A DNA stretch of 28,485 nt, taken from positions 1 through 28,485 of the forward strand of contig JBGGMJ010000130.1 of the NCBI GenBank assembly GCA_041288095.1, given 5' to 3'. Shown here in pieces: positions 8,101 to 15,250 of this stretch. How positions within the stretch are numbered: position 1 is the first letter of the stretch; the number at the start of each line of letters is the position of its first letter. Under the pieces are notes generated by a model. The model did not search any database, was not told where the DNA came from, and saw only the letters and a program-made list of their open reading frames with translations. The position numbers were made by a program, and so were the translations under genes. This DNA is from Myxococcota bacterium (GTDB lineage Bacteria > Myxococcota > XYA12-FULL-58-9 > JALHOP01).

Positions 8101-10718
8101 TCGTCAAGACCATCATGACGGACGCCAAGACGAAGTCCCTGCAGACGTTGACGCCTGCTCAGCTCGCCGGTGTCCGCTTCGAGGTCGCACGCCTCGACCC
8201 GAGCAGTGACGTCGCTGATCTCAAGGCCGCGATCCCGGGCGGGAAGCTCGACGTCGGTCCCTACATGGCTGCCTTCGCGCTCGCCGAGCATCGCGCGCTT
8301 CCGGACGATGTCCTGCAGCTCCTCTGCCGCAGCGCCATCGCTTGGGCCGCCGACCAGAAGGCCTTTGGCCGCGTCGTCACTTTCCGCAAGAACCTCGCCG
8401 ATGCCGGTCAGCAAGATCGCCTCGCGATCTTCGACGCCGCCCTCGACGCCGCGATGAAGGACAAGCCCGACGTGTGGAGCGCGGTGCCCGAAGCGCGCGC
8501 GCTCCTGGCCATCAGCAAGCTCGAAGAACTGCGGCCGGAGATTCTCGAGCTCGCCTCCGGCGGCGACGACGTCGGTGAGCGCGCTCGCGCCCTGTGCGAT
8601 CGCATCGCCGCGTCCGGTCCCTATGCAGCCGAGCTCGTTCCGCAAGTGCTCTCGGCGCTGCGCCGCGAAGTCCGTGCCATGCGTCCGTCGCTCGACGATA
8701 TCCACGTCGGCCTCGAGGTCCCCGAGGACCCGCAGGCACCGGTGCGCAAAGCCGTTCTCGAGGTGCCGACCAAGAACTTCAATGGGCTCCCGCTTCGCCT
8801 ATTCCAGGGCGACACCAACCACGGCCGTGTGCCGGACGCGCTGCCTTTCACCGCGACGCCCACGGTCATGAACAACATGAAGCGCATGGCCGAAGCGGCC
8901 GAGAGCGAGGCCCCGTTCGTCGTCTGCTTGGGCGACCCCGGCCCCGGCAAGACGTACACAGCCAAGGTCTACGCGTACGAGACCGGTTCGCCGCTCGTCG
9001 AGCTCGACGGCGGTCCAGAGCGCCGCGCCGACGAGGCCGCCGGCGCCTGGGGACGCGACAAGCACGGCATGCCGGACTACGCCCGCGCCGCGGAGCTCGA
9101 GGTTTTCACCAAGGGCGGCATCATCGTCGACGACGAGTTCCAGGCGAGCCGCAGGTTCATCCTCGAGCAGCGTGGCGAGCAGGCATCGCGCTTCAACAAG
9201 AAGATCCTGATGCGCACCAACGAGACCGAAGTGGTGGAGCGCCATCCGCAAACCAAGATCTTTCTCATCGGCAACCTGCTGCCCGAAGAGATCCCCGCCG
9301 AGATCATGGAGTGCGCGAAGGTCATCTACTTCGACCCGCTCCCGATCGAGGAACAGATTGCGTTGGCTCAGCCCAAGGCACCGACGCTCAATCCCGACGA
9401 CCTCCAGCTCCTCGGCAAGATGCAAGTCACCGTCGAGGTGCAGAACAAGCACGAGAACTTCGGAAAATCGATCGCGCTCTCGGTGCGCAACCTGACGCGC
9501 GCCGCCAAGCGCGCCGAGCAGTTCCGCAGGGATCCCGAGCTCGCGACCGCGCGCTCCGCCCGTGAGAGCTACATCGACGGTGTCGTGAATCCGACGGTGA
9601 AGGCCAAGCTCAGCGAAGGCTTCAAGCTCGTGTTCGGCATCACGCCCGAAGAGACGTTGCCGGACCCCGCGAGCATCGAGCTCAAGCAAGGCCCGCGTTC
9701 GGTCAACATCGGCGAAGCCACCGTCTCGCACGGCCCCCACAAGCCCCTCGACCCCGCCAAGGTCACTGGCTACACCAACGGCATCGAGGTCCCGTACATC
9801 TTCGGCGACCGCGAGCGTGTCGAGCTCGAAGCGATGGCCAAGGCCATGCAGATGAACGAGAGCATGCTCTACGTCGCCGAGCGCGAGTCGGGCATCATGG
9901 GCATGATCGAGGCCATGTCACAGCTCACGGGTCTCGACCTCTGGGCCAAGGACATGACGCGCGAGATCACGGTCGCCGAGCTCTTCGGTGAGACCGCGTC
10001 GCGGCGCATCGACGACAAGAACTTCGAGACGTACTTCGCCCCCGGCATCATCAACAAGCTGAACAAGGCCAACAAGGGCGGCATCGTCGTGCTGCGCCAC
10101 GTCGATCGCCTGAAAGACGCGACCCGCATCCGTCTGCATCGCATGCTCGAGGAGCGCAAGATCCCCGGCGAAGGCGGCAAGATGGTCGATATGCACCCGA
10201 ACCTGCACATCATCATGACCACCTCGCCGAGCGAGAACGGCAAGATCGGGCTCGCGCTGCAGAACCGCATCACGCAGCGTTACCTCACGGCCAAGACCCC
10301 GGAAGAGGTGCAGGAGCGACTCGTCGCGATGGGCGAGAAGCTCAAGGTTCCGGCGATCATCGTCGAGGACATGGTGCGCTATCAAACCATGTGGACGAAG
10401 ATGCGCGGCAGCCTCATCGCCAAGTACGTGCTGCCGCACAACCTACCGCGACCGGGCATGACCAGGCTCATCACCTGGCTCAATGACTTCGCGAAGGTCG
10501 CCAAGGGCACCAGCGGCAAGGCCGGCGATGTCTCCGCGCAGATCCGCGAGACCTTGATCGAAGGCGGCCTCACGCACTACGCGGTGCCTGACCGTCGCGA
10601 CTACGACCCCTCGGGTCAGGCGAAGAAAGCCGATCTCGACCTCTTGCGCGAGATCCTGACCGCCATGGCGGACGGTAACGACGAAGAAGTGCTGAAGCTC
10701 AACGGCGGGATCAAGTAA
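5175..10718 (+). CDS. Giant helical/HEAT-like protein with two C-terminal tandem AAA+ modules (dynein-related/midasin/MoxR clade, AAA_5-like)
   Basis: 1847 aa. Module 1 (~8847-9640): FTATPTVMNNMKRMAEAA, Walker A GDPGPGKT (8931-8954), Walker B GGIIVDDE (9114-9137), RHPQTKIFLIGN (sensor 1), SVRNL (sensor 2). Module 2 (~9795-10718): NESMLYVAERESGIM, ELFG, GGIVVLRHVDRL, LHRMLEERKI, MHPNLHIIMTTSP, ALQNRI. HEAT-like motifs at ~6930-7260 (NDDDVRKSLIRAI; LLRHPDPKCRIKL; ASDDDIRAAGRKLL). Confidence 0.9.
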   Translation: MRRVSGLKAKAGAEGATESTEQPQSRPAALRMQNAAEFYQVLGERHFGDASTPVDAAQLANVLGVHRFREMTARVRDEEIRKAATTPGATVTPDRIFRAWAGLLVDDLKRQTNAPADSESAFKEALGWGEKVLLEMRSERRIVYRKTLQSTTDFIGMVGAYEPEVALARELAKRAELGGSSILIDALERCYVPGDIQRAMAAQVTTLPKIASTAPQAPAALVQVRLDDLGIIDTVLLGDNAYISEIAKLRQSLGLKRSVPGLQLNLRDQVDGPLELRETFGRLAASLTTGVDQAARELIVMLARLQSSPEVTTAVKKVAFLQVDATLRRLSKEATAAGTQSAVFASFAKALVEVRAKFEEEFHKAAGNKLDPAMPKMLRDSVDSLISDVFKVTGDAFFAAEHMATAKDPGAILLRKVLDAPARDALVNAALSQASTPAARAAQIALIADKAKREAELAKLVAAHKDFRPPAEASALLLSWPTDVPRPNTEQAAKEDRVKQLASLGDNKLEQLIEQGLGETEIFSELLRLGGQGRFHVGVDDSKIPPAIEKIIQGQAKPDKNAWFGGDTLTPLLESPAIAALPAQMLAGANDDDVRKSLIRAIRSQNGQLIHEEKGLRALLRHPDPKCRIKLRTVLEALDHTDKNPDPAMPGRTLSAVEPGINVIFAYRVLVECSIGLGAASDDDIRAAGRKLLKRTGISCLAPYASMSLEENLNMLIKKPTDGVPPDSPHFLALLDHLDLPETALTSIAARDDLDAFPPSTLFELFTRSVEDKSVPVETVATLTVAATTLRASGTNDVHATNVWATFNDLATRKYDAKLGSLILAGMSGKANIDVVYRAAASLAAEGQLFDANEVANAVMARDPVATQALVNELGAQAPKFFQALSLETRAKLLERVLKGLESATDASVLDMAGPCFQRLAELTAAGHQPGKDMVAALEGIVINAVTRVAKNPLETAALAQIFADAQSSGVDIAKVVKTIMTDAKTKSLQTLTPAQLAGVRFEVARLDPSSDVADLKAAIPGGKLDVGPYMAAFALAEHRALPDDVLQLLCRSAIAWAADQKAFGRVVTFRKNLADAGQQDRLAIFDAALDAAMKDKPDVWSAVPEARALLAISKLEELRPEILELASGGDDVGERARALCDRIAASGPYAAELVPQVLSALRREVRAMRPSLDDIHVGLEVPEDPQAPVRKAVLEVPTKNFNGLPLRLFQGDTNHGRVPDALPFTATPTVMNNMKRMAEAAESEAPFVVCLGDPGPGKTYTAKVYAYETGSPLVELDGGPERRADEAAGAWGRDKHGMPDYARAAELEVFTKGGIIVDDEFQASRRFILEQRGEQASRFNKKILMRTNETEVVERHPQTKIFLIGNLLPEEIPAEIMECAKVIYFDPLPIEEQIALAQPKAPTLNPDDLQLLGKMQVTVEVQNKHENFGKSIALSVRNLTRAAKRAEQFRRDPELATARSARESYIDGVVNPTVKAKLSEGFKLVFGITPEETLPDPASIELKQGPRSVNIGEATVSHGPHKPLDPAKVTGYTNGIEVPYIFGDRERVELEAMAKAMQMNESMLYVAERESGIMGMIEAMSQLTGLDLWAKDMTREITVAELFGETASRRIDDKNFETYFAPGIINKLNKANKGGIVVLRHVDRLKDATRIRLHRMLEERKIPGEGGKMVDMHPNLHIIMTTSPSENGKIGLALQNRITQRYLTAKTPEEVQERLVAMGEKLKVPAIIVEDMVRYQTMWTKMRGSLIAKYVLPHNLPRPGMTRLITWLNDFAKVAKGTSGKAGDVSAQIRETLIEGGLTHYAVPDRRDYDPSGQAKKADLDLLREILTAMADGNDEEVLKLNGGIK

Positions 10719-10721
10719 CGG

Positions 10722-11573
10722 TCAGCTACTCGAGGCGCTGAGCTTGCGATAGAGCTCGGTGCGGCGGTCGCGGAAGAAGCCGAAGGCGGCGCGGTTGCGC
10801 CGTACCTGCTCGAGGTCGAATGTCGCGGTGATGACACCGGCCTCGCTGCGTCCGAGCTCGGCGACCTTGTTGCCACGATGGTCCGCGATGAAGGAGTGAC
10901 CGTAGAACTCCTGACGCGGCTCCTTGCCAAAGCGGTTGGCGGCAACCACCGGCACGACGTTCGAAACCGCGTGTCCGATCATGGCGCGCTGCCATGGGTC
11001 CTTGGTGTCGAGGTTGGGTTCCTCGGGCTCGGTGCCGATGGCGGTCGGGTACATCAGGAGGTCGGCGCCCTCGAGCATCATGCCGCGGGCGCACTCGGGG
11101 AACCACTGATCCCAGCAGATGCCGACGCCGATGGTTCCGAACTTGGTGCGCCAGGCTTTGAAGCCGGTGTCGCCGGGCCGGAAGTAGAACTTCTCTTCGT
11201 AGCCCGGGCCGTCCGGGATGTGCGACTTGCGGTAGACGCCGAGCACCTTGCCGTCGGCGTCGATCATCGCGAGGCTGTTGTAGTAGCACTGCCCATCACG
11301 CTCGAAAAAGCTCGTCGGGATGGCGACGCCCAGCTCCGCTGCCAGACGAGAAAAATGAGCAATCGTCGGGTGACCCTCGAAGGGCGCGGCCAGGGCGAAG
11401 TACTCGTCCTTCTCGAAGGTGCAGAAGTAGATGTTCTCGAATAGCTCGGGGAGCAGCACGACCTGCGCCTTCTTCGAGGCGGCCTCGCGCGTGAGCGAGG
11501 TGCACAGCGCGATGTTCTTCTGGGTATCGGTGCCGAATGCGGCCTGAACCGCGGCGACGGTGATGTTCTGCAT
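10722..11573 (-). CDS. aguB: N-carbamoylputrescine amidase (nitrilase family)
   Basis: Nitrilase E-K-C triad motifs LLPELF, YRKSHIPDGPGYEEKFYF, ICWDQWFPE, plus YPTAIG and C-terminal GFFRDRR. Start set at ATG 11573 (MQNITV) with a GAGGA Shine-Dalgarno (SD) upstream. It lies 11 bp downstream of agmatine deiminase. Confidence 0.93.
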   Translation of the reverse strand: MQNITVAAVQAAFGTDTQKNIALCTSLTREAASKKAQVVLLPELFENIYFCTFEKDEYFALAAPFEGHPTIAHFSRLAAELGVAIPTSFFERDGQCYYNSLAMIDADGKVLGVYRKSHIPDGPGYEEKFYFRPGDTGFKAWRTKFGTIGVGICWDQWFPECARGMMLEGADLLMYPTAIGTEPEEPNLDTKDPWQRAMIGHAVSNVVPVVAANRFGKEPRQEFYGHSFIADHRGNKVAELGRSEAGVITATFDLEQVRRNRAAFGFFRDRRTELYRKLSASSS

Positions 11574-11584
11574 GGTGTTCCTCG

Positions 11585-12625
11585 TTACGCCGGCTGTTGC
11601 TGGCTGATGCAATGGAAGGCGCCACCACCGCTCAAGATCGCCAAGGCCCTGCACCCGATGACCCGGCGTCCGGGGAAGTGCTCCGCGATAGCGTCAACAG
11701 CGGCTCCGTCGACATCGGAGCCGTAGGTCGGCACCACGACCGTGGTGTTGGCGATATAGAAGTTCAAATAGCTCGCCGGCATGACGCGGCCGTCTTCGTC
11801 GCGCACCACTCCAGGCGAGGGGATGACGTTGACGTTCAAGGCACGCCCCTTGGCATCCACCATCGCGGTCAAGTCGCGCTCGATCTCCGCGAGCACGGGC
11901 TTGTTCGGGTCGTCGTCACGCCAAGAACGCATGCACAGGACCTTGCCGGGAGCGGTGAAGCGCGCCAGCGTGTCGATGTGCCCATCGGTGTGGTCGTTCA
12001 CCAAGCCTTCGTTCAGCCACAGCGTGCGCTCGACACCGAGGTTGTCCTTGATAGCGGTCTCGACGGCCTCTGCGGTAAGCGTTGGGTTGCGGTTCGGATT
12101 CAACAGGCACTGCTTGGTCGTGAGGCACGTGCCTTCGCCGTCGAGCTCGATGGAGCCGCCCTCGAGGACGACCGGTGAAACGAAGGTCGTGAGCCCGGCG
12201 GCCTGGGCGATGCGCACCGCAACGTCGTTGTCGTGGTCGAGGTTGTATTTGCCGCCCCAGCCGTTGAAGGCAAAGCGGGCGCAAGCGGGACCGCTGCCGG
12301 TAAGGAAGAGCGGCGCGATGTCGCGAAGCCAGATGTCGCCGAAGGGAATGGCGTGGAAGTCGACCGGCAAGCCACGCAGATGACGCTCGGCCTCGTGGCG
12401 GGCGGCGTCCGTGGGCACGAGCATGGAGATGCGCTCGCCGCGGGCGCGGCCGTTCTCGTCGCGGTCGGCGATCTCTTCGCAGAGCGCCGTGACCTCTTCT
12501 TGCGCCGGCGCCAAATTGTCGCGCCAGAGATCCGCGGCGCTCGGCCACGCGAGCCAAACGGTGCGATGCGGTTCCCATTCCGCGGGCATACGGTAGCCGA
12601 GACGCTTGGGCGACGGGTCGGTCAT
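11585..12625 (-). CDS. aguA: Agmatine deiminase
   Basis: RMPAEWEPH, DIWLRD, FNGWGGKY, LEGGSI, DHTDGHID, ASYLNFY and GGGAFHCISQQ (catalytic Cys). Strong SD AAGGAGG. Confidence 0.93.
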   Translation of the reverse strand: MTDPSPKRLGYRMPAEWEPHRTVWLAWPSAADLWRDNLAPAQEEVTALCEEIADRDENGRARGERISMLVPTDAARHEAERHLRGLPVDFHAIPFGDIWLRDIAPLFLTGSGPACARFAFNGWGGKYNLDHDNDVAVRIAQAAGLTTFVSPVVLEGGSIELDGEGTCLTTKQCLLNPNRNPTLTAEAVETAIKDNLGVERTLWLNEGLVNDHTDGHIDTLARFTAPGKVLCMRSWRDDDPNKPVLAEIERDLTAMVDAKGRALNVNVIPSPGVVRDEDGRVMPASYLNFYIANTTVVVPTYGSDVDGAAVDAIAEHFPGRRVIGCRALAILSGGGAFHCISQQQPA

Positions 12626-12677
12626 GCCGCCTCCTTACTGGACGACAGGGCCTACGGGAAGCGTGTAGAGGTGCTAA

Positions 12678-13943
12678 ATGGATCTCCTAGCCGCCCGCGG
12701 CCAGATGGCCATGTCGCTGGGCTTCCACATCCTCTTCGCGGTGGCTGGGATCGCGATGCCGGTGCTCATGGCGGTGGCGGAGTGGCGCCACTTGAAGACC
12801 GGCGACGCCATGTACCTCGAGCTCGCCAAGCGCTGGGCGCGCGGCACCGCAATCTTGTTCGCCGTGGGCGCGGTGTCAGGCACGGTCTTGTCGTTCGAGC
12901 TCGGGCTCTTGTGGCCGACATTCATGCGGCACGCCGGACCAATCATCGGCATGCCCTTCTCGCTCGAGGGCTTCGCGTTTTTTCTCGAGGCCATCTTCAT
13001 CGGCATCTACCTGTACGGCTGGAACCGGATGCGCCCTCGCCTGCATCTCTGGGCCGGGGTCGTGGTGGCGCTTTGTGGGGCGCTGAGCGGTATCTTCGTG
13101 GTGGCGGTGAACGCGTGGATGAACGCGCCGACGGGGTTCACGTTGGTGGACGGGCAGCTCACCGACATCCATCCGCTGCAAGTGTTCGCGAGTCCCGCGT
13201 TCCCGTCGCAGGCCTTGCACATGACCTTCGCGGCGTACGCGGCAATCGGATTTTTGGCCGCGGGCATTCACGCCTGGGCGCTATTGCGCACACCCGGGAG
13301 TCGCTTCCACACGCTCGCGCTCGGCATCGCGCTGGGCATGGCCGTGGTCGCGGTGCCGTTACAGCTGTTCACCGGGGATCTCGCCGGCAAGCACATCGCC
13401 GAGTTTCAGCCGGTCAAGCTCGCCGCGGCCGAGCGGCACTTCGAGACTCGAGCGGACGCGCCCATCACCGCCTTTGGTCTCGTCGAGATTCCCTACGGAC
13501 TGTCCATGCTTGCATACAACGATCCGCATGCGGTCGTGCGCGGCCTCGAAGACTTTCCCGAGAGCGACTGGCCGCCGATCACCATCGTGCACGTCGCCTT
13601 CGAGATCATGGTGGGCTGCGGCAGCGCCATGTTCGGCGTCGTGCTCTGGGTCATCTTCCGCGTCGTACGCAAGAAGAAGGTCGCCGCGTCACGGCCCCTT
13701 TTGTGGGCCTGCGTTTTCGCGGCACCGCTCGGCATGATCGCCATCGAAGCCGGCTGGACCGTGACCGAGGTCGGCAGGCAGCCTTGGATCATCCACGGCG
13801 TCATGCGCACCGCCGAAGCGGTCACTCCCATGCCGGGGCTCATCGTGCCGTTCCTTACCTTCTCGATCCTGTATCTGGTGCTCGGCGTCATCGTGGTGGT
13901 GCTCTTGCGCGCCCACGTCTTCGCGGCGGGAGACCTGGGATGA
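12678..13943 (+). CDS. cydA: Cytochrome bd ubiquinol oxidase subunit I (short Q-loop type)
   Basis: ARGQMAMSLGFHILF, FAVGAVSGTVLSFE, LEGFAFFLEAIF, NAWMNAP, QPVKLAAAE, FEIMVG and EAGWTVTEVGRQPW. SD GAGGT. Confidence 0.95.
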   Translation: MDLLAARGQMAMSLGFHILFAVAGIAMPVLMAVAEWRHLKTGDAMYLELAKRWARGTAILFAVGAVSGTVLSFELGLLWPTFMRHAGPIIGMPFSLEGFAFFLEAIFIGIYLYGWNRMRPRLHLWAGVVVALCGALSGIFVVAVNAWMNAPTGFTLVDGQLTDIHPLQVFASPAFPSQALHMTFAAYAAIGFLAAGIHAWALLRTPGSRFHTLALGIALGMAVVAVPLQLFTGDLAGKHIAEFQPVKLAAAERHFETRADAPITAFGLVEIPYGLSMLAYNDPHAVVRGLEDFPESDWPPITIVHVAFEIMVGCGSAMFGVVLWVIFRVVRKKKVAASRPLLWACVFAAPLGMIAIEAGWTVTEVGRQPWIIHGVMRTAEAVTPMPGLIVPFLTFSILYLVLGVIVVVLLRAHVFAAGDLG

Positions 13944-14920
13944 ACGCCACCGAATTCGTGTATCTGACGATGGGAGTGGCGCTGGTCGTCTACGCGCTCT
14001 CCGCTGGAGCGGACTTCGGCGCCGGTGTCTGGGATTTGCTTTCGCGCACAGTGGAGCAGCGCAAAGCTCTCGAGAAGGCCATCGCCCCCATCTGGGAGGC
14101 AAATCACGTTTGGCTCATCTTCATCATCGTGGTGATGTTCACGGCGTTCCCGAAGGCGTTCGCGTTGCTCTCCATCGCCTTCCACGTGCCGCTCACATTC
14201 GTGCTCATCGGCATCGTGCTGCGCGGCGCCGCGTTCGTGTTTCGTTCCTACGGCCTCGTCGCCGAGGGCACGCGGGCGCGGTTCGGCCGCGTCTTCGCCT
14301 GGGCTAGCGCGCTCACGCCGATCTGTCTCGGCTGGGTGCTCGGCGGTATGTCGTCGGGGGCCATCGTCGTCCGCGGCGAGGTGGTTGAGAGCGGCTACCT
14401 CGCCGGCTGGACGACGCCGTACGCCATGGCGGTCGGCGGTTTCGCCCTGGTGCTCTTCGCCTTGCTCGCGGCCGTCTACATGACCGTCGAAACGGACGGC
14501 GAGGTACGCGAGTGGTTTCGCCAGCGGGCCATCGCCTGCGAGCTGCTCGCGGCCCCCGTGGCGCTGGTGACGTACCTACTGGCGCCCGCGGCGTTGGTCG
14601 CCGGCGGCATCCCCGCTCAAGCGCTCACCGCGGGCGCCGCTTGCGTCACGGTGGCGGCTTTGTGGCGCCGGCGCTTCGCCGTGGCGCGCGCGGCGGTGAT
14701 CGCTCAGGTGGCGCTCATCGTCATCGACTTCGGGCTGGCGATGCGCGGCGACTTCGTGCTGGGCGTCGTCGGCGTCGCCAATAGCGGAACACAAGCGCCA
14801 ACGTTGCCGTTGCTCATCGCCATCACGCTCGGCGGCTCGGTGCTGCTCGTGCCGTCGATGATCGCGCTGTACCGTCAGTTCAAGAGCGCGGAATCGCCTA
14901 GCCCGTCACGACCATCGTGA
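13940..14920 (+). CDS. cydB: Cytochrome bd ubiquinol oxidase subunit II
   Basis: ATGA overlap with the cydA stop. Motifs YALSAGADFGAGVWDL, IAPIWEANHVWLIF, FTAFP, LRGAAFVFR, and many TM helices. The 895-aa ORF call from 12233 is a spurious upstream extension. Confidence 0.93.
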   Translation: MNATEFVYLTMGVALVVYALSAGADFGAGVWDLLSRTVEQRKALEKAIAPIWEANHVWLIFIIVVMFTAFPKAFALLSIAFHVPLTFVLIGIVLRGAAFVFRSYGLVAEGTRARFGRVFAWASALTPICLGWVLGGMSSGAIVVRGEVVESGYLAGWTTPYAMAVGGFALVLFALLAAVYMTVETDGEVREWFRQRAIACELLAAPVALVTYLLAPAALVAGGIPAQALTAGAACVTVAALWRRRFAVARAAVIAQVALIVIDFGLAMRGDFVLGVVGVANSGTQAPTLPLLIAITLGGSVLLVPSMIALYRQFKSAESPSPSRPS

Positions 14921-15191
14921 CGCTGCCACCAAGGGTAGCGTTCGCCCCGACGGCCCACTCGGGAAGCTGACCACCCGCCGCCTTGAAGCGCTCGAGGGCT
15001 TGCCGGCAGGTGATCTGAGTACCGCCGTTGTCGGTTACCGTGTCGCCGGGATTGAACGGCGTCATCGGCGTGTCGGGGCTCTGCGTCGACCATGACTTCG
15101 GCCGTCGGCTCGCGATCGACACCTCGGGCTGCAAGTCCCTGAAGATGCTGACTTGGGCCAGGCGCTCGAATTCTCCAACCGTCAACGACAT
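14898..15191 (-). CDS. Small hypothetical protein (97 aa)
   Basis: ATG at 15191 with AAGGGGA SD, and GC-rich third positions. It fills the cydB-parB gap, and its 3' end overlaps the cydB 3' end by 23 bp. Confidence 0.62.
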   Translation of the reverse strand: MSLTVGEFERLAQVSIFRDLQPEVSIASRRPKSWSTQSPDTPMTPFNPGDTVTDNGGTQITCRQALERFKAAGGQLPEWAVGANATLGGSVTMVVTG

Positions 15192-15250
15192 GAGGTGTCC
15201 CCTTAGCGTGCCGTGAGTATCGACGCCCGGGGCCACGGGTTGCGTTTTCC

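Noticed and set aside
9795..10718. Second AAA module as a sign of pseudogenisation
   Set aside because: The ORF is intact with normal codon bias. Structural motifs and the Arg finger are retained and the losses complement module 1, which fits a functional pseudo-ATPase module better.
11574..11654. Longer start for aguB
   Set aside because: It overlaps the aguA 3' end. The ATG at 11573 has an SD and matches the family N-terminus.
12233..13939. Apparent 895-aa CydB with a long N-terminal extension
   Set aside because: The extension overlaps aguA and cydA and is Arg/Gly-rich off-frame sequence. The real start is the ATGA overlap at 13940, so this is not a fusion or frameshift.
15222..15248. 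Possible hairpin followed by TTTT in the gap between the small ORF and the ParB-like gene
   Set aside because: The stem is short and bulged and the U-tract only 4 nt, which is not enough to call a terminator.
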